NCBI GenBank assembly: GCA_963762255.1
Contig: CAVXKA010000001.1
Coordinates: 992,001 to 1,056,000, forward strand
Direction: 5' to 3'
Length of the DNA: 64,000 bases
Origin: Candidatus Eiseniibacteriota bacterium
GTDB taxonomy: Bacteria > Eisenbacteria > RBG-16-71-46 > JABDJR01
Shown here: positions 28,064 to 38,555 of the stretch, piece by piece
Numbering within the stretch: position 1 is the stretch's first letter
Layout: the number at the start of each line of letters is the position of its first letter
Program-made: the position numbers and the translations under genes
The notes under the pieces: generated by a model
What the model was told of the DNA's origin: nothing
Databases searched by the model: none
Seen by the model: the letters and a program-made list of their open reading frames with translations, nothing else

Positions 28064-29329
28064 GTGTCTGAATCGACCCCCATGGACCTCGCCGCGATGA
28101 AGGCGAAGACCGTCCCGGATCTTCAGGAGATCGCCAAGTCTCTCGAGATCGAATCCACGTCCAGCATGCGCAAGCAGGAGCTGATCTTCCGCATCCTGGA
28201 GGTGCAGACCGAGCAGAACGGGCTGATATTTTCCGAGGGGGTTCTGGAAATACTCCCGGAGGGTTACGGGTTCCTGCGCTCTCCGGACTACAGCTACCTT
28301 CCGGGCCCAGACGACATCTATGTCTCGCCCTCCCAGATCAAGCGCTTCGATCTCCAGACGGGCGACACGGTATCCGGGCAGGTGCGTCCGCCCAAGGAAG
28401 GCGAGCGCTATTTCGCGCTCCTGCGGGTGGAGGCGGTAAACGGGGAGGCTCCCGAGGTCGCCAAGATCAAGACCCACTTCGACAACCTCACCCCGCTCTA
28501 TCCGGATCAGCGGGTCAAGTTGGAGCACGACCCGGACGACCTGTGCACGCGCATCATGGATCTCCTCACCCCGATCGGAATGGGACAGCGCGGCCTCATC
28601 GTGTCGCCGCCGCGAGCAGGGAAGACGGTGCTGCTTCAGCGCATCGCCAACGCCATCACCGCCAACCATCCCGACGCCGTATTGATCGTGTTGCTCATCG
28701 ACGAGCGTCCGGAGGAAGTGACCGACATGGCGCGGTCGGTGAAGGGAGAAGTGGTCTCTTCTACCTTCGACGAGCCGGCCGAACGCCATGTCCAGGTGGC
28801 GGACATGGTGATCGAGAAGGCCAAGCGGCTGGTCGAGCACCACAAGGACGTCATCATCCTCCTCGACTCGATCACCCGCCTCGCCCGTGCCCACAACACG
28901 GTGATCCCACACTCGGGGAAGATCCTCTCCGGCGGCGTCGATGCGAACGCGCTGCAGCGGCCGAAGCGCTTCTTCGGAGCGGCCCGCAACGTGGAAGAGG
29001 GCGGTTCGCTCACCATCATCGCCACCGCCCTCGTCGAAACCGGTTCGCGCATGGACGAGGTCATCTTCGAGGAGTTCAAGGGCACGGGGAACATGGAGTT
29101 GATCCTGGATCGCAAGATCGCCGACCGGCGCATCTTCCCCGCCATCGACATCAATCGCAGTGGAACCCGCAAGGAGGAGCTCCTCCTCGACCAGGCCATC
29201 CTCAACAAGGTCTGGATCCTGAGAAAGTTCTTGAACGAGCAGAGCTCGGTCGAGGCCATCGAGTTCCTGGTCAATCAGATGGGCAAGACCAAGACCAACA
29301 AGCAGTTCCTGGAGATGATGAACGCCTGA
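28064..29329 (+). CDS. rho: Transcription termination factor Rho
   Basis: [59 protein letters not shown]. Confidence 0.98.
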   Translation: MSESTPMDLAAMKAKTVPDLQEIAKSLEIESTSSMRKQELIFRILEVQTEQNGLIFSEGVLEILPEGYGFLRSPDYSYLPGPDDIYVSPSQIKRFDLQTGDTVSGQVRPPKEGERYFALLRVEAVNGEAPEVAKIKTHFDNLTPLYPDQRVKLEHDPDDLCTRIMDLLTPIGMGQRGLIVSPPRAGKTVLLQRIANAITANHPDAVLIVLLIDERPEEVTDMARSVKGEVVSSTFDEPAERHVQVADMVIEKAKRLVEHHKDVIILLDSITRLARAHNTVIPHSGKILSGGVDANALQRPKRFFGAARNVEEGGSLTIIATALVETGSRMDEVIFEEFKGTGNMELILDRKIADRRIFPAIDINRSGTRKEELLLDQAILNKVWILRKFLNEQSSVEAIEFLVNQMGKTKTNKQFLEMMNA

Positions 29330-29499
29330 TCGGGCCTGGCGGGGCCGGTTCCGCCCGGCAGTCTGCGGGTGGCCGCCGCCGAGGGTCGGGCAATCCCCTT
29401 GAGCCATCCGTCGGTTCTCTGGTATTCTTTCTGGCCCTTTCTCCGGGGGGACCGTTTCACCCTTGTCTTGGCCGCCGCGGGCGGCGCCGAAGGAATCCC

Positions 29500-29772
29500 A
29501 TGAAAGCCGAGATTCATCCCGACTACAAAGACGTCAAGGTGACCTGCGTCTGCGGGAGCACGTTCACGACCCGCTCCACGATGGGCAAGGACTTCCACGT
29601 GGAAATTTGCTCGAGCTGTCACCCGTTCTTCACCGGGAAGCAGAAGCTCGTGGACACCGCTGGGCGCGTGGACCGCTTCCGCAAGAAGTACGCCGGCACC
29701 TACGGCAAGTCGGAGCCGGTCGCCCCGGACGCCGCGGCTGCTCCGGTTGCCGAAGAGACCAAGTCGGCTTAG
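29500..29772 (+). CDS. rpmE: 50S ribosomal protein L31 (Zn-binding type)
   Basis: [37 protein letters not shown]. Confidence 0.96.
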   Translation: MKAEIHPDYKDVKVTCVCGSTFTTRSTMGKDFHVEICSSCHPFFTGKQKLVDTAGRVDRFRKKYAGTYGKSEPVAPDAAAAPVAEETKSA

Positions 29773-29785
29773 CAATCCAACCATC

Positions 29786-29816
29786 GGGCCCTCGCCTAGC
29801 GAGGGCCTTGTTGTGT
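29786..29816 (+). terminator. Intrinsic terminator after rpmE
   Basis: GGCCCTCGC-CTA-GCGAGGGCC followed by TTGTTGTGT. Confidence 0.6.
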
Positions 29817-29834
29817 CCGCCACCGGAATCGACC

Positions 29835-30806
29835 ATGACCTTTAAACAGCGCTTGCTCCTCATCAACAAGGTGCTTCTCGCCCGGTACGCGCCGGTGGGT
29901 GGCCAGGCGGTGATCGAGGGGGTGATGATGCGCTCGCCGCGTATGGTGGCGACGGCGGTGCAGCGCACCTCGGGCGAGATCACCGTGCAGGTGGAGCCGT
30001 TCCGCTCGATCACCAGACGGGTGAAGGCGCTGGGAATCCCGATCGTGCGGGGGATGGTGGGCCTCTTCGAGACCCTCGTTCTTGGCATGCGCTCGCTGTC
30101 GTTCAGCGCCAACGAGGCGGCCAAGGACGAGGACGCGAAATCGGGCAAAGCGGGCGAGTCAGGGAACGAGGGAGCGGGGATCTCCAACTGGAGCATGGGA
30201 CTCACCATGGCGCTCGCCCTGGGGCTGGGTCTCCTTGTGTTCTTCTACCTCCCGCTCAAGCTCACCGAGTGGACCGGTGTCCAGGGCCGGGTCTCCTTCA
30301 ACTTGATCGACGGCGCGTTCCGCCTGGCATTCTTCCTCGCCTATCTGTGGGGAATCAGTCAATGGGGGGAGATGCGCCGCCTCTTTCAGTACCACGGCGC
30401 GGAGCACAAGGTGATCCATACGTTCGAGGCGGGGCTTCCCATCACGCCCGAGAACGCGGCCCCGTTCACCACGCTGCACCCGCGCTGCGGCACCTCGTTC
30501 CTGTTCAGCCTCATGATCCTGAGCATCGTGGTGTTCACCTTCTTCGGTCGACCGGAGACGCTGGGCCAGCGCCTTCTTCGCTTCGCGGGGGTTCCGTTCA
30601 TCGCCGGATTGGGCTTCGAGTACATCCGCCTGAGCGGACGCTTCGCGGGCAATGCGGTGGTGCGCTTCTTCGCTCAGCCGGGGCTGTGGCTCCAGCGCCT
30701 CACGACGAAGGAGCCCGATCGTCATCAGCTTGCTGTGGCGTGCCGCGCCCTGGAAAGCGTCCTTCCTCTGAACGAGGAAGACGAGAAAGACGTCCGCGTG
30801 ATGTGA
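29835..30806 (+). CDS. DUF1385 membrane protein
   Basis: GGQAVIEGVMM, FQYHGAEHK, HPRCGTSF, PGLWLQRLTTKEP; usual rpmE-prfA context. Confidence 0.9.
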   Translation: MTFKQRLLLINKVLLARYAPVGGQAVIEGVMMRSPRMVATAVQRTSGEITVQVEPFRSITRRVKALGIPIVRGMVGLFETLVLGMRSLSFSANEAAKDEDAKSGKAGESGNEGAGISNWSMGLTMALALGLGLLVFFYLPLKLTEWTGVQGRVSFNLIDGAFRLAFFLAYLWGISQWGEMRRLFQYHGAEHKVIHTFEAGLPITPENAAPFTTLHPRCGTSFLFSLMILSIVVFTFFGRPETLGQRLLRFAGVPFIAGLGFEYIRLSGRFAGNAVVRFFAQPGLWLQRLTTKEPDRHQLAVACRALESVLPLNEEDEKDVRVM

Positions 30807-30845
30807 GGCGCCCGCGGCCCCGCCGGTCGCGCCTCCCGAGGTTCC

Positions 30846-31964
30846 ATGAACCAGACCGACAGATTCCTCGACCACCTCGCCCAACTCGAATCCCGCCTGG
30901 ACGAGATCAACGGCAAGCTCGGAGATCCCCAGGTGCTTGGGAGCCCCTCCGCCCTGAAGTCGCTGGGACAGGAGCGCGCGGGGATCGAAGAGATCGTGGG
31001 CCTGCTGCGCATGTACAGGTCTCTTCGCGACCGTCTGGAGGAGGCGGAGGAGATGTCCCGCTCCGAGGGCGACGCCGAGATGGTCGAGTTGGCCCAGGCG
31101 GAGATCGCGGAATGCGGACCGGGACTGGAGCGGCTGCGGGCCGAGATCAGCGAGCTTCTATTTCCCGCCGATCCCAACGACAGCAAGGACGTGATCGTCG
31201 AAATCCGCGCGGGGACGGGGGGGGAGGAGGCCGCACTCTTCGCCGGCGAGCTCTTCCGCATGTACACGCGCTATGCGGAGCGCAAGGGCTGGCAGGTCGA
31301 GGTGCTGAGCTCCAACGAGACCGGTATCGGCGGCCTCAAGGAAGCCATCTTCAGCCTCTCCGGGCGCGGCGTGTACGGGCGGGTCAAGTACGAGAGCGGG
31401 GTCCATCGCGTGCAGCGGGTGCCGGAGACCGAGGCGTCGGGGCGGATCCACACGTCGGCAGCCACGGTAGCGGTGCTGCCGGAAGCGGAAGACGTCGACG
31501 TCGAGATCAACGAGAAGGATCTGCGCATCGACGTATATCGATCGAGCGGACCGGGAGGCCAGGGAGTGAACACCACCGACTCCGCGGTGCGGGTCACTCA
31601 TATTCCCACGAACCTTGTGGTCACCTGCCAGGACGAGCGCTCACAGATCAAGAACAAGGCGAAGGCGCTCAAGATCCTCCGCTCGCGGCTTCTGGATGCC
31701 AAGATACGCGAGCAGGAGGAGGCGATGCGGTCCAAGCGCCGGAGCCAGGTCTCGACCGGCGACCGCAGCGCCAAGATCCGCACCTACAATTTCCCGCAGA
31801 CACGAGTCACCGATCACCGCATCAACTTCACGGTCCACCGCCTTCACGAGATCCTCGAAGGGGATCTGGACGAGCTGACTCAGGCCCTCATCGACGCCGC
31901 GTCAGAGGAGCGGCTCGGGGAGGCGGAGTCGGGAGAGAAGAGTGCGGGAGTCCCCGGGCGCTGA
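30846..31964 (+). CDS. prfA: Peptide chain release factor 1
   Basis: EIRAGTGGEEA, ESGVHRVQRVPET, GGQ, IRTYNFPQ.RVTDHR. Confidence 0.97.
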   Translation: MNQTDRFLDHLAQLESRLDEINGKLGDPQVLGSPSALKSLGQERAGIEEIVGLLRMYRSLRDRLEEAEEMSRSEGDAEMVELAQAEIAECGPGLERLRAEISELLFPADPNDSKDVIVEIRAGTGGEEAALFAGELFRMYTRYAERKGWQVEVLSSNETGIGGLKEAIFSLSGRGVYGRVKYESGVHRVQRVPETEASGRIHTSAATVAVLPEAEDVDVEINEKDLRIDVYRSSGPGGQGVNTTDSAVRVTHIPTNLVVTCQDERSQIKNKAKALKILRSRLLDAKIREQEEAMRSKRRSQVSTGDRSAKIRTYNFPQTRVTDHRINFTVHRLHEILEGDLDELTQALIDAASEERLGEAESGEKSAGVPGR

Positions 31965-32874
31965 CCGGCGCCCCGATCCTCCGGTCGCCCCGCGGCGGCT
32001 CCCTCCCGTTCGCACCCTGGAGGATTGGCGCCGCGTCGCCCGCGTGTGGCTCGCCGCGGCCGGGATCGATTCGGCGGCCGCTGAAGCCGACCTCATTGTC
32101 CGTCACGTGCTCGGGTTGCGGCGCGTGGATCTCCCCTTGCAGCGCGCACGTGTGCTGTCTTGCGCCGAGCGACGTCGTCTCTCCAGGCTCTTGCACCGGC
32201 GCGGCACCCGCGTTCCTTTACAGTACCTGTTGGGGGAAGTAGACTTCTGGAGCTTGAGCATTCGGGTCACTCCCGATGTGCTCGTGCCCCGTCCCGAGAC
32301 GGAGGGCTTGGTGGAGCGTGTGCTCTCGTTTCTGGGGGACGACCCCGAGGGCACCGTGGTGGACGTGGGAACGGGCAGCGGCGCCATCGCGTTGGCGTTG
32401 GCATCGGCCTGTCCCCGCCTCCAAGTGTGGGCCTCGGATCTCTCGCCGGGAGCGGTCCGGGTCGCCCGTGGCAACGCGCGGCGATTGGGTATCGAGGGCC
32501 GACTGCACGTGTTCGCCGGCGATCTCCTCGATCCGTTCGTAGGTCGGGTCCCGCCGAGGCCGATCCGGGCCTTGGTGAGCAACCCTCCCTATATCGCCCC
32601 GGGGGACCGATCTCGTTTGGCCCCCGAGGTAGTCGCGCACGAACCGTCCATCGCGCTTTTTGCGCCGGAGCGCGGACTCGGCGTCATACGGCGATTGATC
32701 GACGGCGCAACGGACTTCCTCCCCGGAGGGGCGCTCCTCGCTCTCGAGATCGGCGAGGATCTCGGAGCCGAGGTTCGCGCGCTGTTGAACGCCGCCGGCG
32801 CGTGGCGTGAGGTGCGCATCGAGCGCGACCTCGCCGGCCGGGATCGGTACGCATTAGCCCTCAGGACACATTGA
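31942..32874 (+). CDS. prmC: Release factor glutamine methyltransferase
   Basis: PLQYLLG, VLVPRPETE, DVGTGSG, SNPPY, DLAGRDR; start uncertain. Confidence 0.93.
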   Translation: MRESPGADRRPDPPVAPRRLPPVRTLEDWRRVARVWLAAAGIDSAAAEADLIVRHVLGLRRVDLPLQRARVLSCAERRRLSRLLHRRGTRVPLQYLLGEVDFWSLSIRVTPDVLVPRPETEGLVERVLSFLGDDPEGTVVDVGTGSGAIALALASACPRLQVWASDLSPGAVRVARGNARRLGIEGRLHVFAGDLLDPFVGRVPPRPIRALVSNPPYIAPGDRSRLAPEVVAHEPSIALFAPERGLGVIRRLIDGATDFLPGGALLALEIGEDLGAEVRALLNAAGAWREVRIERDLAGRDRYALALRTH

Positions 32875-32911
32875 TCGCGAACGTCGGGCGTTCGCTTCGA
32901 GGAGAGACGAC

Positions 32912-34672
32912 ATGCGGCAAGTCCTCCACACTGGACGATCGAGCGCCTGCGCCGTTCTGGCCGCGGCGATGCTTCTGGGGCTCTTGCCGGCGGGATGCGG
33001 CGACGACGCCGGCAAACCGAATCTGCCTCCCACGGTGACGCTGATCGAGTTTCCAGACCCCGGAACTCCGGTGACCACCTCGACCCGGTTCGCCTGGACC
33101 GGATCCGATCCGGACGGGGAAATCGTGACCTATGAGTACACCCTGGATGCCGAAGAGGGCTACACGGCGGTCACGGACACCTTCATCGTGCTTGCGTTCG
33201 ACAAGACGGACGGCACGGAGTCCAATCCTCTCCCCCACGTCTTCCGGGTCCGGGCGGTGGATGATCGGTCCCTCGCCGGGACCCCCGCCGCGGGTCACTT
33301 CACGGTGGGGTATCCCAACGATCAACCGTCGGTGAACTTCACCCGCCGTCCGCCGAGCGCCGGCTACGCGGGCCCGACCGTGACCTTCGGATGGATCGCG
33401 GAAGACGGGGACGGCACGATCGTCGGGTACGAGTACCAGAACGTGACCGGGGACACGACGAGCGGGGGGTGGATCGCTACCGCCGACACCACCGTGAGCT
33501 TCGATTTCTCGGGGGACGGCGCCTCTCCCGGTGCTCGGCGATGGAGCCGGAGCCCGCTCAATCTCTATCAGGATTACACGTTCTACGTGCGCGCGATCGA
33601 CGACGAGAACAAGCGTTCCAACGTGATTCGCGCGCCCTACACTTCAGGTCCGGAGAACCTCGCGCCCAGCGTGGTCTTCCTCACCAAGCCCTCGGATCCA
33701 GTGACCGGGACCCCGCTCTGGACTTGGCAGGGAACCGACACGGACGGCGGCATTCTCCGTTACCAATGGGCATTCGATCTGACGTCCGACGCGGACTGGC
33801 AGTTGCTGGGCGAGGATCACTGGCTGGACCCCACCACGACCAGCTTCAACAAGCGGACGTTCACCCGCCAGGACGGGTCCGACCAGGCACCCCGGGACTA
33901 CACGTTTCACCTGCGGGCACAGGACAGCGACTCCACCTACAGCGCGCCGATCACCGACACGTTCACGGTTGCGGTGCCGAACGCGCCGCCGCGCGTCCAG
34001 TTTCTGTCACTGCCGTTTCCCACCACCCCGGTCGGCTACCTGCTGACGATCCGGTGGTCGGGCACCGACGACGGGATCATCGTCGCTTATGAATACGCGG
34101 TGGACGGAAGGGCCGACTGGATCACCCTTCCGGGCACGACGACATCGAAGGAGATCCGCTATACGTGCGCGGATTCTCTGGCCCTCGAGACGAATCCGAA
34201 TCCCGTCGCCCCGCTGGCCTTCGCCTACGGGCATCACACGTTCAGTCTGCGGGCTCTGGACGACGAGGGTGCGCGCTCGACGGAGGCCCAGGCGAGGTTC
34301 ATCACTCAGACCCGGACCCCGTTCACGACGATTCAGACTCCGCAGGGGCCGGGGGGTGAGGTGACGGTCGGGAACTCCTTCACCGTGACCTTCACCGGGC
34401 TCGATATCGACGGTCCGCTGCCGAACCGCCTGCCGGTGGGCGCGGATCTCAAGTTGATCCCGGTGTCCGACTTCGCCGATGTGCCGGATGCACAGGCCGC
34501 GGTCACTGCAGACACGGGGGAGTGGCTCGCGCTGCCGGCTGGTCTCTTCGAGACCGGAGTGACCGCCCTCTCCGGGAAGTTTCTCCTCGCGATTCGTACG
34601 CGCGATGAAGCACAGGCCGTCGAACCCTATTTCCATTACGGCCGGAACGTCCTCAAAGTCACAGTGCCCTAG
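32912..34672 (+). CDS. Surface lipoprotein with five tandem Ig/Fn3-like repeats
   Basis: LLPAGC lipobox; repeats N-x-x-P-x-V...W-x-G-x-D-x-DG-x-I-x-x-Y...F-x-VRA-x-D. Confidence 0.75.
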   Translation: MRQVLHTGRSSACAVLAAAMLLGLLPAGCGDDAGKPNLPPTVTLIEFPDPGTPVTTSTRFAWTGSDPDGEIVTYEYTLDAEEGYTAVTDTFIVLAFDKTDGTESNPLPHVFRVRAVDDRSLAGTPAAGHFTVGYPNDQPSVNFTRRPPSAGYAGPTVTFGWIAEDGDGTIVGYEYQNVTGDTTSGGWIATADTTVSFDFSGDGASPGARRWSRSPLNLYQDYTFYVRAIDDENKRSNVIRAPYTSGPENLAPSVVFLTKPSDPVTGTPLWTWQGTDTDGGILRYQWAFDLTSDADWQLLGEDHWLDPTTTSFNKRTFTRQDGSDQAPRDYTFHLRAQDSDSTYSAPITDTFTVAVPNAPPRVQFLSLPFPTTPVGYLLTIRWSGTDDGIIVAYEYAVDGRADWITLPGTTTSKEIRYTCADSLALETNPNPVAPLAFAYGHHTFSLRALDDEGARSTEAQARFITQTRTPFTTIQTPQGPGGEVTVGNSFTVTFTGLDIDGPLPNRLPVGADLKLIPVSDFADVPDAQAAVTADTGEWLALPAGLFETGVTALSGKFLLAIRTRDEAQAVEPYFHYGRNVLKVTVP

Positions 34673-34690
34673 ACCCACCAGGGGGAGTCC

Positions 34691-35959
34691 ATGGACAAGT
34701 TCGTGGTGGAAGGGGAGGCGCGGCTTCGAGGCTCGATCGAGTGCGCGGGTTCCAAGAACGCCGCGCTCCCGATGATGGTGGCAGCTCTACTCGCCCCGGG
34801 TGCGAATCGGCTCATGCGCGTGCCCCGACTGCGCGACATCGCCACGCTCTCGAAACTCATGGAAACGCTGGGGACGGAGATCACTCGTGACGAGGGCACC
34901 CTCCTCCTCGACACCACCCGCCTGGATTCGGTGGAGGCTTCCTACGATCTTGTGAAGACGATGCGGGCCTCCGTGTACGTGCTGGGTCCGCTGCTCGCGC
35001 GGGCCGGGCATGCCAGGGTGTCGCTTCCCGGCGGTTGCGCCTGGGGTCCGCGTCCGGTGAATCTGCACCTCAAGGGTATGGAAGCGCTCGGCGCGAGAAT
35101 CGTGATCGACGAGGGATACATCGTGGCGGATGCCCCCGACGGTCTTCGCGGCGCCGACATCCTTCTCGACATCGCCTCGGTGGGGGCCACCGGCAACATC
35201 ATGATGGCAGCGGTCGGAGCTCGCGGGACCACCCGCATTCAGAACGCGGCCAGGGAACCGGAGATGCCCGCGCTGGCCGACCTCCTGAACACGATGGGTG
35301 CACGCGTAAGCGGTGCGGGAACCTCGGAGATCGTGATCGAGGGAGGTGCGCCCCTGCGGCCCGCCGCGGGAACGGTGATACCCGACCGCATCGAAGCGGG
35401 CACCTTTATGGTCGGGGCTGCTCTGACCTCGGGTGACGTGACCGTGACCGGGTGCATGCCCGCGCATCTCACCGCGCTCATCGCCAAACTGCGCGAGACC
35501 GGCGCGGAGGTCACGCGCGGCGAGGACTGGGTGCGGGTGGTGGGGCCGGCCCGCCCGCGCGCGGTGCAGGTGACCACCGACTTCTTCCCTGGTTTCCCCA
35601 CCGATCTGCAGGCGCAGATGATGGCGCTGGCTTCGGTTTCCGAGGGCACATCGGTCATCACCGAGCAGATCTACGCCGACCGCTTCACCCACGTGGCCGA
35701 GTTGACCCGCCTTGGGGCGAAGATCACCCTCGATCAGAACGTCGCGGTCGTGGAGGGGCAACCCTCTCTCTCCGGTGCGCGGGTGATGGCTACTGATCTG
35801 CGCGCCTCCGCCGCGCTTATCCTCGCCGGCCTCGTCGCCCACGGGGAAACCCATATCTCCCGCGTGTATCACATCGATCGGGGTTACGAGCGCATCGAGG
35901 CCAAGCTCGCCGCTCTCGGCGCGACAGTCCGCCGGGAGGACGAGCCGCTGGTGACATGA
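34691..35959 (+). CDS. murA: UDP-N-acetylglucosamine 1-carboxyvinyltransferase
   Basis: GSKNAALP, MRASVYVLGPL, LPGGCAWGPRP, PDRIEAGT, FPTDLQ, DLRA, IDRGY. Confidence 0.97.
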   Translation: MDKFVVEGEARLRGSIECAGSKNAALPMMVAALLAPGANRLMRVPRLRDIATLSKLMETLGTEITRDEGTLLLDTTRLDSVEASYDLVKTMRASVYVLGPLLARAGHARVSLPGGCAWGPRPVNLHLKGMEALGARIVIDEGYIVADAPDGLRGADILLDIASVGATGNIMMAAVGARGTTRIQNAAREPEMPALADLLNTMGARVSGAGTSEIVIEGGAPLRPAAGTVIPDRIEAGTFMVGAALTSGDVTVTGCMPAHLTALIAKLRETGAEVTRGEDWVRVVGPARPRAVQVTTDFFPGFPTDLQAQMMALASVSEGTSVITEQIYADRFTHVAELTRLGAKITLDQNVAVVEGQPSLSGARVMATDLRASAALILAGLVAHGETHISRVYHIDRGYERIEAKLAALGATVRREDEPLVT

Positions 35960-35960
35960 A

Positions 35961-37889
35961 GTGACTGGCGCCACCCCCCGCTTCGCGGTCATCGGCACCG
36001 CCGGCCATATCGATCACGGCAAGACCGCCCTGGTCCGGCTCCTGACCGGCACGGATACCGACCGGCTCAAGGAAGAGAAGGCCCGCGGCATTTCCATCGA
36101 CCTGGGATTCGCCCACCTCGACCTGCCCGGGGGGATCTCCTGCGGAGTGGTCGACGTGCCCGGCCACGAACGTTTCGTGAAGAACATGCTCGCCGGGGCT
36201 TGCGGTGTCGACGCCATGCTCCTCGTGATCGCCGCCGATGAAGGGGTCATGCCCCAGACCCGCGAGCATCTCGACATTCTCGATCTGCTCGGTGTGCGCC
36301 GCGGCGTGGTGGCCCTCACCAAGATCGATCTCGTCGAACCCGATTGGCTTGACCTCGCGGCGGAATCCGTGCGCGAGTACCTGGAGGCGCGCGGCTTCGG
36401 CGAGTTCCCGATCGTCCCGGTCTCGGCGCGGACGGGTGAGGGCAAGGACAGCCTTCTGGCCGCGCTTGCCGCCGTCCTTGCCGAACTCGAAGAGCGCCCG
36501 AGCGGGCGAACGGCGCGCCTCCCCGTCGACCGCGCCTTCGTGGTCGAGGGATTCGGTACGGTGGTGACGGGGACCCTGTGGCAGGGCACCATTCGGGCGG
36601 GTGATCGTCTGGTTGTGGAGCCTGGCCATGTGGAGACCCGGGTTCGCAATGTCCAGGTGCACGGCGAAACGGTACCCGCCGGGCTGGCCGGGCAGCGCAC
36701 CGCCGTGGCCCTGGCAGGTGTGCCGCGCGAAGCGGTTCCGCGGGGGCACTGGCTTCTCACGCCCGACACGCTCGTCCCCTCGCACATGATCGATGTGCGG
36801 CTGCGAGTCCTGCGGGACGCCCCCAAGGAACTTCGACATCGCCAGCGCGTGCGATTTCATCTTGGTGCGAGCGAATTGCTGGGGCGCGTTGCGCTGCTCG
36901 AGGGAGAGAGCCTGGAGCCGGGGCGCGATGCCCTGGCCCAGATCCGTCTCGAAGCGCCGGTTGTGGCCGACCGCGGCGACCGCTTCGTGCTGCGTTCTTA
37001 CTCACCCGCGCGCGCGCTGGCAGGGGGAAAGGTCATTCTGCCCGTGGCCCCGAAGCGCCGACGCGGCCACGGGCCGGCGCTCGACGAGATCCGCCGCGAA
37101 GAGACGGGCAGTGTCGAGGAGCGGGTTCTGGCGACCCTGGACGGCATTCCCAATGGAGCGGGCGCGCTCGACATCGCGCGCGCGGCGGGAGTGCCTGCTG
37201 TAGCTGCCGAGATCGGTCTCGACGCGCTCGTGGCGGATGGGCGCGCGGTGCGGATCCAGGGGGATCTGCTCGTTTCGGCGTCGGTCTTGCGCGGGTTGGC
37301 CGAGGGCGCCTCGGGGGTCCTGCGGCAGCTCCAGCGGGACAACCCGCTGCGTTGGGGAACGAGTCGGGGGGAACTCAAGAGCCGACTCGGGGTCAAGCTC
37401 TCGCCCGCCGTCTTCGAGCGGGTGCTCCAAGATCTGACCGAGGCCGGCGAGGTGGCCGCTCGGGACGATCATCTTCGGCTCGGCGAGGAGAGCCAGATAC
37501 TTCCCCCGGAGATGCAGGCCCGGGTGGATCGGGTGGCGGGGGCCCTCGATCGGGCTGGGGTCACCCCACCCTCCATGAGGGAGCTGCAAGCGCAGCTCGG
37601 GTTCCCGGTGCAGGACATCCTCGAGCACTTGACTTTCCGGGGGGAGGCGGCGAAAGTCACGCCCGAACTGTACTTGCACCGCTTGCACTTGCGGCGGATT
37701 GTGGATTGGCTGGAAGGCTTCTTTGCCGAGAAGGATGATCTCAACGTCGCCGATTTGCGCGAGGGCCTCGGTATGAGTCGCAAGTATTCCGTACCGATTC
37801 TGGAATTCCTTGATCGGCAGGGGTGGACCCGGAGGATTGGCGATGTCCGCCAAGCGGGGCGCCGGTGGCAGGCCCCCTCGGATTCCTGA
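35961..37889 (+). CDS. selB: Selenocysteine-specific elongation factor
   Basis: GTAGHIDHGKT, TDRLKEEKARGISIDLGF, DVPGHERF; C-terminal winged helices with SRKYSVPILEFLD. Confidence 0.95.
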   Translation: MTGATPRFAVIGTAGHIDHGKTALVRLLTGTDTDRLKEEKARGISIDLGFAHLDLPGGISCGVVDVPGHERFVKNMLAGACGVDAMLLVIAADEGVMPQTREHLDILDLLGVRRGVVALTKIDLVEPDWLDLAAESVREYLEARGFGEFPIVPVSARTGEGKDSLLAALAAVLAELEERPSGRTARLPVDRAFVVEGFGTVVTGTLWQGTIRAGDRLVVEPGHVETRVRNVQVHGETVPAGLAGQRTAVALAGVPREAVPRGHWLLTPDTLVPSHMIDVRLRVLRDAPKELRHRQRVRFHLGASELLGRVALLEGESLEPGRDALAQIRLEAPVVADRGDRFVLRSYSPARALAGGKVILPVAPKRRRGHGPALDEIRREETGSVEERVLATLDGIPNGAGALDIARAAGVPAVAAEIGLDALVADGRAVRIQGDLLVSASVLRGLAEGASGVLRQLQRDNPLRWGTSRGELKSRLGVKLSPAVFERVLQDLTEAGEVAARDDHLRLGEESQILPPEMQARVDRVAGALDRAGVTPPSMRELQAQLGFPVQDILEHLTFRGEAAKVTPELYLHRLHLRRIVDWLEGFFAEKDDLNVADLREGLGMSRKYSVPILEFLDRQGWTRRIGDVRQAGRRWQAPSDS

Positions 37890-37942
37890 GGCGCAGTCGG
37901 CATCGGGGCCGGAATAGCGGGATTGAGGGTCAGGTAGCAGAC

Positions 37943-38542
37943 ATGGAACGACGCTTGAGTGGGAGCCCGGAGGAAGACCTGCGGGATGCCCGCGACGCAG
38001 ATCTGGTGGCCAAGTCGAAGCTCGGGGACACCCGCGCTTTTGGCGAACTCGTTCGGCGGTACCAGAAGCCGGTATTCAGAATCGTCCTGCGCATGGTTCA
38101 CAGCCAGGACGACGCCGACGACCTGACCCAAGACACCTTCGTACGCGCGCACCGTGGGCTCAAGACCTTCAAGGAAGAGTTCGACTTTCATCCGTGGCTC
38201 TACCGCATTGCCGTCAACCAGGCCATCAACTTCATCAACCGCCGCAAGCGGCAAGCCGCCGCGGACATCGATGAAGTGCCGGAGCTGGACATGAAGATCG
38301 GACCGGAGCCTGAAAGCCCGCTTCAGTCCGCTTCACGCGGTGAGCTTCTGGAGAGGCTGGAACGGGCTCTCGATCGTCTTCCTGAAGACCAGAAAACGGT
38401 GTTCCTCTTGCGTGTTCAGGAAGGGCTCTCATATGAGGAGATCGCCAAGTCGATGGACACCCCCAAAGGCACGGTGATGTCCCGTCTGGCGAGAGCCCGC
38501 ATGGCTCTTCGCAAGCACATGGACCTGCCGCTACCCAGCTAG
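37943..38542 (+). CDS. ECF RNA polymerase sigma-70 factor
   Basis: AFGELVRRYQ, DADDLTQDTF, WLYRIAVN, LSYEEIA...GTVMSRLARAR. Confidence 0.92.
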   Translation: MERRLSGSPEEDLRDARDADLVAKSKLGDTRAFGELVRRYQKPVFRIVLRMVHSQDDADDLTQDTFVRAHRGLKTFKEEFDFHPWLYRIAVNQAINFINRRKRQAAADIDEVPELDMKIGPEPESPLQSASRGELLERLERALDRLPEDQKTVFLLRVQEGLSYEEIAKSMDTPKGTVMSRLARARMALRKHMDLPLPS

Positions 38543-38555
38543 AAGGATCTGCAAC

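Noticed and set aside
35961-37889. Selenoprotein genes or tRNA-Sec near selB
   Set aside because: I saw no in-frame TGA interrupting a recognisable protein and no tRNA cloverleaf; selA and selD are not in the window.
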